64,000 nucleotides of DNA from Pedococcus sp. (lineage in GTDB: Bacteria; Actinomycetota; Actinomycetes; Actinomycetales; Dermatophilaceae), in the NCBI RefSeq assembly GCF_036554925.1, contig NZ_DATBMI010000189.1:10224-74223 (forward strand), written 5' to 3'. Both the position numbers and the translations under genes were made by a program. Numbering within the stretch: position 1 is the stretch's first letter; every line of letters begins with the position of its first letter. The notes beneath the pieces are model-generated. The model was not told the origin of the DNA. It did not search any database and was given only the letters and a program-made list of their open reading frames with translations. Below are positions 9,065 to 20,878 of the stretch, piece after piece.

Positions 9065-9738
9065 GGGAGGGATCTCCTTCCGGGCTGCTGCTCTCCAGCC
9101 TGCGGACCGGCCGCGCGACGCAGTCTGAGCCCGTCCTCCTGCTCGCCCTGCTCCAACCCGAGGTCGAGGCGTGTCAGCTCCTGCTGGAGTCGGGGAAGCC
9201 ATCGCCGGTCCAGCGCACGCAGGCGTCGCCGGGTCACCGCGATCTCTGCGTCGACCCGTCGCACGGCTTCCTCGGCCGCTGCCGTGCGTACGCCCGCTGC
9301 GAGAGCCGTGTGGAACGCGGCGGTCGCGGGCGCGATCGCGGCATTGCCCGACGGCGCGCAGGCCCCTCGGAGCGCGGCCGGCCCTGGCGAGGCGCCCGCC
9401 GCGAGCGTGGGGGCCAGCGTGGCCTCCCGGGGGTAACCCAGACCCATCGTCGTCGTCCACTCCACCTCGACGCGCGTCTGCTCCGTCGGGCTGGCTCCGC
9501 GGATCGCGTCCTGCCCGCCGAGAACGGCCGCTCGCAGCAACCACGCCTGGGCGGCACTGCACGCCGACTCCCAGTCCGCGTGGACGCGGGCAGCCTTGAT
9601 GCTGAGCCGCTGCTGCTCCGGGAAGAGGAACCGAAGCTTGCGGTCCAGCTGTTCGCGTCCGCGTTCGGCCGCCGTCAGGCGTCGCCGCAGCACGTTGCGG
9701 CCAGCGCGGCCGGGGGGGACCCCTGGCAGGCCGGGCAC
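9061..9738 (-). CDS. atpD: A/V-type ATPase subunit D (central stalk)
   Basis: About 225 aa. Coiled-coil N-terminus (NVLRRRLTAAERGREQLDRKLRFL) and C-terminus (AEIAVTRRRLRALDRRWLPRL). The GTG 9738 start, 4 nt after the subunit B stop, is inferred. The ORF track extends to 9867. Confidence 0.8.
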   Translation of the reverse strand: MPGLPGVPPGRAGRNVLRRRLTAAERGREQLDRKLRFLFPEQQRLSIKAARVHADWESACSAAQAWLLRAAVLGGQDAIRGASPTEQTRVEVEWTTTMGLGYPREATLAPTLAAGASPGPAALRGACAPSGNAAIAPATAAFHTALAAGVRTAAAEEAVRRVDAEIAVTRRRLRALDRRWLPRLQQELTRLDLGLEQGEQEDGLRLRRAAGPQAGEQQPGRRSLP

Positions 9739-9742
9739 GGCG

Positions 9743-11155
9743 CTAGCCGCCTCTCCGGTCGCGGGCGTCGAGCAGGCGGGCCGGCAGCATCGTGAGCTCA
9801 CGGCGGGGCAGGCCGGTGGCGACCTCCCAGCACCGGTCGAGGGTCTGGTCCATCGAGCGGTGTTCATGGCGCTGCTGGTCGAGCAGCCCGCGCTCGAACG
9901 CGGTGGCGAACTCCAGGTAGAGCTGGTCGGTCTTGTTCAGGGCAGCACTGCCGACGATCTCCGCGAGCTCGCGCACCTGGCGGGCGCGGGCCAGGGCGGC
10001 GAGCAGCTGCGCGGCGAGGTCGAGGTGGTCCTCCCGGGTGCGACCAGCCCCTGCCCCGTTGCGCATCAGCCTGGACAGCGACGCCAGAGGATCGACGGGG
10101 GGGTAGATGCCTCGCGCGTGCACGTCGGCAGCCAGCACGATCTGGCCCTCGGTGATGTAACCCGTGAGGTCGGGGACCGGGTGCGTGATGTCACCGGCAG
10201 GCATCGTCAGGACGGGCATGATCGTGATGGAGCCGGCTCTGCCTCGGACCCGCCCGCAGCGCTCGTACAGCGTGGCGAGGTCGCTGTAGAGATACCCCGG
10301 GTAGGCGCGCCGGCCGGGGAGCTCACCTCGAGCCGCGGAGACCTCGCGCAGTGCCTCGGCATAGCTGGTCATGTCGGCCAGCACGACGAGGACGTGGCGG
10401 CCTCCTTCGAAGGCGAGGTGCTCGGCGACGGTGAGGGCGATGCGGGGGGTGAGGATCCGCTCGATCACCGGGTCGTCGGCGGTGTTGACCAGCAGCAGGA
10501 GCTCGCCGGCGCCGAGGCGCTCCTCGAGCGCGCCGCGGATGGCATCCGCATCGGCGTGGGTGAGACCCATGCCCGCGAAGACGACGCTGAACGGGTCCGT
10601 GCCCGTGTGGGACTGTGCCGCGATCTGGGCCGCGAGCTCGAGGTGCGGCAGTCCGGCGACCGAGAAGATGGGCAGCTTCTGCCCCCGCACGAGGGTCGTC
10701 AGGGCGTCGATGGCGGAGATGCCGGTCAGGACGGGGTCACCGGGACGGTCGCGGTGGGTCGGGTTGAGGGGGTGCCCGGCGACCGGCATCCGCAGGGAGG
10801 CAGAGACCGGCGGGCCACCGTCGACCGGCTCCCCCCGCCCGTTGCAGACCCGGCCCAGCCAGCTCGCAGTGACGGGGACCCGCACCGGCTCTCCGGAGAA
10901 GGCGACGCTGGCCCTGCGCGGGACCAGCCCCTCGGTTCCCTCCAGCACCTGGACCACGGCAAGGTCGTGGTCGACCTCCAGGACGACGCCGTGGCGTGCG
11001 GACGCGCCCTCTCCACCGACCCGGATGAGGGCCGCCTCGTCCCAGCCGACGCCAGCGACCCCACGCACCAGGAGCAGCGGACCGTGCAGCTCCTCCACGT
11101 CGGAGTACACGACCCCGAGACCCGTGGCGCGGCCCCGGGCGGTTGCGCTGGTCAT
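9743..11155 (-). CDS. atpB: A/V-type ATPase subunit B (non-catalytic)
   Basis: 470 aa. GQKLPIFSVAGLPH, PGRRAYPGYLYSDLATLYERCG and ITEGQIVL. Its ATG overlaps the subunit A stop (ATGA at 11152-11155). Confidence 0.9.
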   Translation of the reverse strand: MTSATARGRATGLGVVYSDVEELHGPLLLVRGVAGVGWDEAALIRVGGEGASARHGVVLEVDHDLAVVQVLEGTEGLVPRRASVAFSGEPVRVPVTASWLGRVCNGRGEPVDGGPPVSASLRMPVAGHPLNPTHRDRPGDPVLTGISAIDALTTLVRGQKLPIFSVAGLPHLELAAQIAAQSHTGTDPFSVVFAGMGLTHADADAIRGALEERLGAGELLLLVNTADDPVIERILTPRIALTVAEHLAFEGGRHVLVVLADMTSYAEALREVSAARGELPGRRAYPGYLYSDLATLYERCGRVRGRAGSITIMPVLTMPAGDITHPVPDLTGYITEGQIVLAADVHARGIYPPVDPLASLSRLMRNGAGAGRTREDHLDLAAQLLAALARARQVRELAEIVGSAALNKTDQLYLEFATAFERGLLDQQRHEHRSMDQTLDRCWEVATGLPRRELTMLPARLLDARDRRGG

Positions 11156-12876
11156 GGCAGGCTCCGCAGGCGCTCCAGGACCTGTTGCCGGCGGGCGAGC
11201 ACGCCATCCACCCCGTCGGGGGGTGTCTCGTCCGCGGCGCGCAGCAGCGGGGAGAAGTCCACCTCCTCGATCTCGGAGGCGGTCACGCCGCGGCCGACCA
11301 GCTGGTCGCACTCGTCGACGACGGCGAGGACGGCGTCGACCAGCGACGCCGTCTTGGCGGCGGTGCAGTGCGCATCGTTCGCAGAGAGCGCGCTCTGCTG
11401 GAGGACGGCCTCGCGCACCAGCCTGCCACCGAGCAGGACGACGCGCTCGTGGCCGGGCAGCGAGCCGGTGCCGACCAGTGCCGCGAGGTCGCCGAGCCGG
11501 TCCGCCTCGGCGAGCAGGCTCGTGACCCGGGCCCGGCGGTGGCCCCACTCCGGGTCGCCGTGGCGCGCGTACCAGCGTGCGATCGTGTCGGCGTCACGGG
11601 TGAAGGACCCTGCCCAGGCGACAGCGGGGTAGTGGCGGGCATAGGCAAGGTCGCGGTCGAGGGTCCACACCCCGCGGACGAAGCGCTCGGTCTGTGCGGT
11701 GACCGGCTCCGTGACATCGCCGCCGGGTGGCGACACCGCGCCGATGATGGTGACGGAGGCCGTCTCTCCCCCGAGGGTGGTGACGCGGCCGGCGCGCTCG
11801 TAGAACGCGGCGAGCGCCGACGGCAGCGACGCTGGGTAGCCCTCCTCGGCGGGCAGGGCGCCCGAGCGTGAGGCGAACTCCCGCAGGGCCTCCGCCCACC
11901 GGGAGGTCGAGTCGGCGATCACCACCGCGTCGTAGCCCATGTCCCGGAAGTACTCGGCGACGGTCACGCCGGTGTAGATGCTCGCCTCCCGAGCCATCAT
12001 GGGCATGTTCGAGGTGTTGGCGATGACCACGCTGCGCTCGGCCAGCCGCCGGCCGGTGCGCGGGTCGGACAGGGAACCGAACTCCTCCAGCACGTCCGCC
12101 ATCTCGTTGCCACGCTCCCCGCAGCCGACGTAGACGATCACGTCCGCTGCGCACCACTTGGCGACCTGCTGGAGCAGCATCGTCTTGCCGGTGCCGAAGC
12201 CGCCCGGGACTGCCGCGCTGCTGCCCCGCGCGAGCGGGTACACGGCATCGAGCACGCGCTGCCCCGTGAGCAGGGGCTCGCCGGCGGCGAGGCGCTCTCG
12301 AACCGGGCGGGCGTGGCGCACCGGCCACTCCGTCGTCATGAAGACGCGCAGCCCCGAGACGGAGGCCACGTGGTCACGCGAGTCGTGCTCGCCGGGCGGT
12401 GCGAGCCAGTCCACCCGGCCACGGACCGCGGGCGGTACCAGCACGCGGAGCTCCAGGCTCGCTGGGCCCCGGAGGGTCCCCAGCGTGGCTCCCTCGGTCA
12501 CGGTGGCGCCTTCGACCACCGAGGGCTGCCACCGCCAGGTGCCGGCGGCCTCACGCCGACCGCCGTCGGGGACGAGCCAGGTCGGGGCGCCGGACAGTGG
12601 ACGCAGCAGGCCGTCGAACACCCCGCCCAGGAGGTGGGGGCCGAGCCGCGCGGACAGCGGGTGGCCCAGGGCTGCAGCGGGGTCCCCTGCAGCGAGGCCA
12701 CCGGTGTGCTCGTAGGCCTGCACGGTGACAGCCGAGCCCCGGATCGACACGACCTCTCCGGTGATGCCCTGCGCGCCGAGCGCCACGAGCTCGGACATGG
12801 CGACATCGGTCAGCGGCTCGACCTCCAGGAGAGGGCCGTTGACCCGCACGATCCGCGGACTCAGCTGGGCGTCCAC
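11152..12876 (-). CDS. atpA: A/V-type ATPase catalytic subunit A
   Basis: 574 aa. Walker A is PGGFGTGKTMLLQQ, followed by GERGNEM and VVIADSTSRWAEALRE. The non-homologous insert typical of A subunits is present. Confidence 0.92.
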   Translation of the reverse strand: MDAQLSPRIVRVNGPLLEVEPLTDVAMSELVALGAQGITGEVVSIRGSAVTVQAYEHTGGLAAGDPAAALGHPLSARLGPHLLGGVFDGLLRPLSGAPTWLVPDGGRREAAGTWRWQPSVVEGATVTEGATLGTLRGPASLELRVLVPPAVRGRVDWLAPPGEHDSRDHVASVSGLRVFMTTEWPVRHARPVRERLAAGEPLLTGQRVLDAVYPLARGSSAAVPGGFGTGKTMLLQQVAKWCAADVIVYVGCGERGNEMADVLEEFGSLSDPRTGRRLAERSVVIANTSNMPMMAREASIYTGVTVAEYFRDMGYDAVVIADSTSRWAEALREFASRSGALPAEEGYPASLPSALAAFYERAGRVTTLGGETASVTIIGAVSPPGGDVTEPVTAQTERFVRGVWTLDRDLAYARHYPAVAWAGSFTRDADTIARWYARHGDPEWGHRRARVTSLLAEADRLGDLAALVGTGSLPGHERVVLLGGRLVREAVLQQSALSANDAHCTAAKTASLVDAVLAVVDECDQLVGRGVTASEIEEVDFSPLLRAADETPPDGVDGVLARRQQVLERLRSLP

Positions 12877-13372
12877 AGCGGCTCCAGGTCGAGCTTCGCG
12901 AGGGCGCTGTCCACCAGCGTGCCGATGGACGCGTCGATGCTGCGCCCGTCGGGCGCCTGGGCGAAGAGGCCCCCGTCCTCCGTGTCGCTCACACTGGCGA
13001 ACCCACCCAGTCCGCGCTGCACCGCCGCGGAGAGGAGGCTCCGGTTCCCGGGTTCTCGGAGGAGCTCGTGCACGGCCCGGACCGCGCCGCTGCGCAGCTC
13101 CTCGTATGCCGCGCGCTGGGCTGCGAGGAGCGCGGCACGGGCCGATCGCCGGACCGTGGCCTGCTCGGCCGCGAGCGCCTCTGCACCATCCACCTCGCCC
13201 TGGGCGCGGGCCGCCGAGAGCACGGCGTCCGCCTGGCCGCGGGCGGCTGTGACGGCGTTCTCGCCGTCGGCCTCGGCACTCGCGCGCACACGGTCTGCCT
13301 CGGCGCCGGCCCGGGCAAGCAGCGCCTGCCGAAGCGGCTGGAGCGCCGTCTGCTGTCTGGTCACGAGGTCAC

Positions 13373-13376
<4 letters not shown>
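12861..13376 (-). CDS. atpE: A/V-type ATPase subunit E (peripheral stalk)
   Basis: 171 aa. Long Ala/Arg-rich N-terminal helix with a globular C-terminus. Position and size fit subunit E. ATGA overlap with subunit F. Confidence 0.65.
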
Positions 13377-15432
<2,056 letters not shown>

Positions 15433-15446
<14 letters not shown>

Positions 15447-16356
15447 CGAGGGCCTCCGTGGGTCCGCCACCGCGTGCAGCGACCTCCAGGGCGGCGCGCA
15501 CCCGCCACGCATCGACGGCCAGGAGTGCCACGGCGCCCACCAGCACGCCACGGCCGGTGCCGGCATGGCGCACGAGCGCCGTCGCGTCTGCGTCCACCCG
15601 TGCCCACCAGCGCGCCTCGGCACGCCACAGGGCGTCAGGGCGCTCGACGCCGGCCAGGGCCCACCGGGCCCTGGCGGGTAGCGCCGCCGCCAGCTCGGGA
15701 AGGGAGGTCGCGGACACGGCTGCGGGGCCGATGACACGGGAGGCGGCCAGACGCGCGCGCTCGGGCAGGCGACGGCCCTCGAGGACCACCTCCCGGGCCA
15801 CGAGCAGCGCCGTTGCCCCCGACGCCCAGGCACCGGCCTCGGGCACCGCAGCCACGACCCGGTCGGCGAGCGTGGTCCGCAGCCACAGCGTGATCTCGCG
15901 CGGGGACTCTCCTCCGGGGTCACCCCACGCGGAGGCCGCCAAGGCCCTCCGGAGGCCGGGAGCGCTCGTGGTCCGCTGGAGCCGGGGCCAGGCCGTGGCC
16001 AGGCCACCGAGGCGGAAGGGGGCGGGCGGCTGCCCACCGGCGAGCCGCTCGAGGTGGTCCTGGACGTTGGCCGCCTCGAGCACCGCGATGAGCACCCGGA
16101 GGACGGTCACGCCCTCGCGAGGCACCCAGCCTGCCAGGACCCGTACGTTCCAGGCGGTCACATCGACCACCGCGCGCTGGACCTCGGACAGTGTCTGTCC
16201 GGGGCGGACCTGGCGCCCGTAGGTGGACCGGGCCAGCTCCACCACCGCTGCCTCGACCGACGGGTGCGATGCGAGCCGGACGCAGCCGGCCCGGCCGAGG
16301 CGGCGCCTGGTCATGGCGCGGGCTCGGACACCCGCGGCCACCCAGCCGGCCCTCAC
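15433..16356 (-). CDS. atpC: A/V-type ATPase subunit C (d-type)
   Basis: 307 aa, all-helical and Ala/Arg-rich. Size and operon position fit the C/d subunit. GTGA overlap with the upstream gene. Confidence 0.6.
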
Positions 16357-16823
16357 GTCGCACCAGCGCGGTGCTGCGGGGCGGGGACGCCGTCTTCCAG
16401 GACCGACCGGACGGAGGCGACGACCTGCTCGACGTACCGTGGCATCGCCTCGGCCGCGTGCTGGCGAACCGCCGCCACCTGGCGCTCCGCGTCGGCGGTC
16501 GTGGAGCCGAGCCGTGCCCTCCCGAGCCCGACGACCCTCGCCGCTGCATCGGCGCGCTCCGCTGCCTCGAGGGAGTGGGCCGTGGCGAGGACGACACGAG
16601 CGGCGTCGGCCTCGCGTGCCCGGATCGCGTCAGCCTCCCGGTGCGCCCACCGCACGATCTCGGCGCAGTCGTGCTGGGTCTGGCTCAGGCTGCCGAAGAC
16701 CGGTTCGAGCTCGACCGCCTGTTCGAGGGCACGGTCTGCGGGCACGCCTGCTGCGGTCGCGGCGCCGGGCGCCCCGGACGGACGGAAGCGGTACAGCAGG
16801 TCACGTACCCGAGGCATGGACAC
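16353..16823 (-). CDS. probable A/V-type ATPase peripheral-stalk subunit (G/H-like)
   Basis: 156 aa. It is the first cistron of the operon, with a long charged helix (EADAIRAREADAARVVLATAHSLEAAERADAAAR). The assignment rests on context. Confidence 0.45.
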   Translation of the reverse strand: MSMPRVRDLLYRFRPSGAPGAATAAGVPADRALEQAVELEPVFGSLSQTQHDCAEIVRWAHREADAIRAREADAARVVLATAHSLEAAERADAAARVVGLGRARLGSTTADAERQVAAVRQHAAEAMPRYVEQVVASVRSVLEDGVPAPQHRAGAT

Positions 16824-17026
16824 CCCTTGTCATCGAGCGGCCGACCTGCGTGCTCCGTGGGCGACGCCGGTGCCCGGCCCACCTGTCACGACTGTAGGCG
16901 GCGGAGCAGGGGACGTCTGGGGGCTTTGGTCCCCCGCCCGCAGGGACACCACCCGCCGTTCCCCTCGCGGCGGGATACTGCGGAGGTGAGCAGAGCTGCC
17001 CTCCGAGCCCGTGGACGGGGCGCGCG

Positions 17027-20000
17027 GTGACGATGCTGCGCGGCGACCGCGCGGCACCCCCGAGGACGCTGGTCGAGATCTTCCGTCAGACGGCGCGCGA
17101 CTGCGGCGAGCACCCGGCCCTGGACAACGGCGTGGACGTGCTGACGTACGCCGAGCTGGCCGAGGCCGCGGACGACGTGGCCGCCGAGCTGAACGCGCTC
17201 GGGATAGGCATCGGCGCCAGGGTCGGGGTCCGCATCCGCTCGGGGACCACCGAGCTCTACACCGCCATCCTGGGGATCCTCTTCGCCGGCGCCGCCTACG
17301 TGCCCGTCGACGCCGACGACCCGGACGAGCGTGCCCGCACGGTCTTCGGGGAGGCGCAGGTCGCGGCGGTCATCGGCGACGACCTCGAGATCACGGGCGT
17401 CCGGGGCCGCACGTCGGCGCTCGCGGCGGCGGAGCCCGAACCCCACCACGACGCGTGGATCATCTTCACCTCGGGCTCCACGGGCCTGCCGAAGGGCGTG
17501 GCGGTGTCCCACCGTTCCGCGGCGGGGTTCGTGGACGCGGAGTCGCGCCTCTTCCTGCAGGACCGCCCCATCGGGGTGAACGACCGGGTCATGGCGGGGC
17601 TGTCGGTCGCCTTCGACGCGTCGTGCGAGGAGATGTGGCTGGCGTGGCGCCACGGTGCCTGCCTGGTGCCCGCTCCCCGCTCGCTGGTGCGCAGCGGAAT
17701 GGACCTCGGTCCCTGGCTCGTCGCCAACGAGATCACCATCGTCTCCACCGTGCCGACCCTGGTCGCGCTCTGGCCGCAGGACGCGCTGGCCGAGGTCCGC
17801 CTGCTCATCCTGGGCGGCGAGGCCTGCCCCCCGGAGCTCGGGGAGCGGCTCGCGTCGCCCGAGCGGGAGGTCTGGAACACCTACGGGCCCACCGAGGCGA
17901 CGGTGGTGGCGTGCGCCGCCCGGCTCGACGGCGTGCCACCTGTCCGCATCGGCCTGCCCCTGGACGGGTGGGACCTCGCGGTGGTGGACACGGAGGGCGG
18001 ACACGTCGCGCCAGGGGAGACCGGCGAGCTGGTGATCGGCGGCATCGGGCTGGCGCGGTACCTCGACCCCGACAAGGACGCCGAGAAGTACGCGCCCATG
18101 GAGTCCCTGGGCTGGGAGCGCGCCTACCGCAGTGGCGACCTGGTCCGCTACGACGAGGCCGGGCTGGTCTTCGTGGGACGGGCCGACGACCAGGTGAAGG
18201 TGGGCGGCCGCCGGATCGAGCTCGGTGAGATCGACAGTGCGCTGCTCTCCCTTCCCGGTGTCGTGGGGGCGGCGGCCGCCGTTCGCAGGACCGGCTCGGG
18301 CAACACCGTCCTGGTCGGCTACCTCGCCCTCGAGGACGGCTTCGACGTCGACGCCTCGCTCGAGGTGCTGCGCGCCCGGCTCCCCACCCCGCTGGTGCCA
18401 CGGCTCGCCGAGGTCGAGGTCCTCCCGACGCGCACCTCGGGGAAGATCGACCGCGACGCGCTGCCCTGGCCGGTGCCCACCCTGGGGGCGACCCGGGCGG
18501 AGCCGCTGGTGCTCAGCGGCACTGCGGCCTGGCTCCAGGAGCTGTGGCTGGAGATCCTCGGGGCGGTCGTGACCGACCTGTCCGACGACTTCTTCGACGT
18601 GGGTGGAGGCAGCCTGACGGCGGCCCACCTGGTCTCCAGGCTGCGCTCGCAGTTCCCCGAGGCCACCGTGGCCGACATCTACGAGCGGCCCACGCTGGGC
18701 GCCATGGCCTCCGCGCTCGACGAGATGGCAAAGCCTGCCGCCACGACCAACCGCAGCGTGCGCCCGGTGCCGCTCCGGACCCAGCTCGGGCAGGTCGCGT
18801 TCACGGTCCCGCTGCGCACCCTGACCGGGCTGCGCTGGGTCACCTGGGTGGCGGCCGGCAACAACGTCGCAGCGGCCTGGCTGGGGGTGGCCTGGGTGCC
18901 GACAGCCCCCTGGTGGGCGGTCGCGGCCGGGTGGCTGGCGCTGGTCACCCCGGTGGGCCGGATGCTGGTCACGGTCCTGGGCGCCCGGGTGCTGCTGCGC
19001 GGCGTCGAGCCGGGGGAGCATCCCCGCGGAGGGCAGGTGCACCTGCGTCTCTGGGCCGCCGAGCGCCTGGCCGACGAGATGGGTGCGGCCAACATCGCAG
19101 GCGCCCCGTGGATGCGCCTCTATGCCCGCGCGCTCGGGGCCAGGGTCGGCAAGCACGTCGACCTGCACGCCGTGCCGCCGGTGACGGGAATGCTCAGCCT
19201 CGGCGACGAGTGCTCCATCGAGCCGGAGGTCGACCTCAGCGGCCACTGGCTGGACGGTGACATCCTGCACCTCGGACACATGGCGGTCGGCACGCGGGCG
19301 CGCGTCGGCGCACGGAGCATGCTCTGCCCGGGCGCCTCGATCGGGGCGCGGGCGGAGGTGGCGCCCGGCAGTGCGGTGTTCGGGGAGGTGCCCGAGAGGG
19401 AGTCGTGGGCGGGCTCCCCGGCGCGCGGCACCGGCCGGGCCCGGGGCCCGTGGGACGACGCCCGTCCGCTCAACCGCCCGAGGTGGCTGTGGGCGTATGC
19501 CGCGATGGCCGTCGTCATCGCGACCCTGCCCGTGCTCGCGGTGGTCGCCGGCCTGGCGGCGGTCTGGCCCTGGCTCGGTGCCACCGGGTCGCTGGGGGAG
19601 GGCGCGCGTGCCGCGCTGGTGTGGCTGCCGGTCGCGGTGGTGGTCGGCCTGGCCGTGCTGGCACTGCTCGTCTGGGCGCTGGTCCGGCTCCTCGAGCTGG
19701 GCCTCACCAGCGGCCACCACCCCATCCACGGACGGCAGGCCTGGCAGGCGTGGTCGATCATCAGGGTGCTCGACGAGGCCCGCACCTGGCTGTTCCCGCT
19801 GTACTCGAGCGCCCTCACCCCGGCGTGGCTGCGGGCGCTCGGCGCCCGGATCGGGGCCGACGTCGAGGCCTCCACCGTGCTTCTCATCCCGAAGCTCACG
19901 TGGGTCAACGACGGCGCCTTCCTCGCCGATGACACGCTGCTCGGCGGCTACGAGCTGGGCGGCGGATGGCTGCGCGTCGAGCACGTCAAGGTCGGCAAGC

Positions 20001-20878
20001 ACGCCTTCGTCGGGAACTCCGGGATGACCGCGCCCGGCCGCCGCGTGCCCAAGCGAGGCCTGGTCGCGGTGCTCTCCGCCGCTCCCCGCCGGACCAAGGC
20101 CAAGGCTGGCACGTCGTGGCTCGGGAGCCCGCCCACGGAGCTGCGACGGCCCGTCGAGGAGGGCGACACGAGCCGCACCTACCACCCGGCGACGCGGCTC
20201 AGGGTGGCCCGCGCCCTCGTGGAGCTGTGCCGGCTGCTCGCGGTCTTCGCCCACGTTGCGCTCTTCCTCGGTGTGGTCCTCGCCATCGAGCTGCTCGCGC
20301 AGACGGGCTGGTGGCTGCCTGCCGGGCTGACCGGGCTGGTGCTCCTGGCCGCGGGTGCCGTCGCCGCGGCGGTGGCCGCCGTGGCCAAGTGGGTGCTCGT
20401 GGGGCGCGTCAGGGTTCGCGACTTCCCGCTGTGGAGCTCCTTCGTCTGGCGCACCGAGCTGGCCGACTCCTTCATCGAGGTCGTCGCCGCACCATGGTTC
20501 GCCCGCGGAGCGACAGGGACCCCGGTGCTCAACGTGTGGCTGCGGGCCCTGGGGGCGCGGATCGGCACGGGCGTCTGGTGTGAGACCTACTGGCTGCCGG
20601 AGCCCGACCTGGTGGACCTGCAGGACGGCTCGACCGTCAACCACGGCTGCGTGGTGCAGACCCACCTGTTCCACGACCGAAGGCTCCAGCTCGGCACCGT
20701 GACCCTGCGCTCGGGAGCGACGCTCGGACCCAACGGCGTCATTCTGCCGGCCACCGTCCTCGGAAGGCACGCTACCGTCGGACCCGTGTCACTGGTGATG
20801 AGAGGCGAGACCGTTCCGGACAAGACGCGCTGGATCGGCAACCCCATCGGTCCGTGGGCCGAGGACGACGACGAGTGA
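17027..20878 (+). CDS. pls: Pls/PosA-family single-module NRPS (homopoly-amino-acid synthetase-like)
   Basis: 1283 aa. A-domain cores: FTSGSTGLPKG, AFDASCEEMW, NTYGPTE, YRSGDL, GRADDQVKVGGRRIELGEID and SGKIDR. PCP motif FFDVGGGSLTAAHL. Three repeats follow, each of two TM helices plus a hexapeptide-like soluble domain beginning W(M/L)R..ALGAR(V/I)G. Start is GTG 17027 or ATG 17033. Confidence 0.9.
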   Translation: MTMLRGDRAAPPRTLVEIFRQTARDCGEHPALDNGVDVLTYAELAEAADDVAAELNALGIGIGARVGVRIRSGTTELYTAILGILFAGAAYVPVDADDPDERARTVFGEAQVAAVIGDDLEITGVRGRTSALAAAEPEPHHDAWIIFTSGSTGLPKGVAVSHRSAAGFVDAESRLFLQDRPIGVNDRVMAGLSVAFDASCEEMWLAWRHGACLVPAPRSLVRSGMDLGPWLVANEITIVSTVPTLVALWPQDALAEVRLLILGGEACPPELGERLASPEREVWNTYGPTEATVVACAARLDGVPPVRIGLPLDGWDLAVVDTEGGHVAPGETGELVIGGIGLARYLDPDKDAEKYAPMESLGWERAYRSGDLVRYDEAGLVFVGRADDQVKVGGRRIELGEIDSALLSLPGVVGAAAAVRRTGSGNTVLVGYLALEDGFDVDASLEVLRARLPTPLVPRLAEVEVLPTRTSGKIDRDALPWPVPTLGATRAEPLVLSGTAAWLQELWLEILGAVVTDLSDDFFDVGGGSLTAAHLVSRLRSQFPEATVADIYERPTLGAMASALDEMAKPAATTNRSVRPVPLRTQLGQVAFTVPLRTLTGLRWVTWVAAGNNVAAAWLGVAWVPTAPWWAVAAGWLALVTPVGRMLVTVLGARVLLRGVEPGEHPRGGQVHLRLWAAERLADEMGAANIAGAPWMRLYARALGARVGKHVDLHAVPPVTGMLSLGDECSIEPEVDLSGHWLDGDILHLGHMAVGTRARVGARSMLCPGASIGARAEVAPGSAVFGEVPERESWAGSPARGTGRARGPWDDARPLNRPRWLWAYAAMAVVIATLPVLAVVAGLAAVWPWLGATGSLGEGARAALVWLPVAVVVGLAVLALLVWALVRLLELGLTSGHHPIHGRQAWQAWSIIRVLDEARTWLFPLYSSALTPAWLRALGARIGADVEASTVLLIPKLTWVNDGAFLADDTLLGGYELGGGWLRVEHVKVGKHAFVGNSGMTAPGRRVPKRGLVAVLSAAPRRTKAKAGTSWLGSPPTELRRPVEEGDTSRTYHPATRLRVARALVELCRLLAVFAHVALFLGVVLAIELLAQTGWWLPAGLTGLVLLAAGAVAAAVAAVAKWVLVGRVRVRDFPLWSSFVWRTELADSFIEVVAAPWFARGATGTPVLNVWLRALGARIGTGVWCETYWLPEPDLVDLQDGSTVNHGCVVQTHLFHDRRLQLGTVTLRSGATLGPNGVILPATVLGRHATVGPVSLVMRGETVPDKTRWIGNPIGPWAEDDDE

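Noticed and set aside
8621-9562. 313-aa ORF-track extension of the USP gene, and similar upstream extensions of atpB, atpK, atpI, lutA, lutB and the LacI regulator
   Set aside because: The N-terminal extensions overlap the preceding, well-supported gene in another frame and are Arg/Gly/Pro-rich. Internal ATG or GTG codons that form ATGA/GTGA overlaps give proteins of canonical length.
16886-20770. 1294-aa ORF antisense to the NRPS gene
   Set aside because: The translation is low-complexity and Arg/Gly/Pro/His-rich, with no motifs. The opposite strand encodes a protein with unmistakable NRPS motifs. Long antisense ORFs are expected at this GC content.
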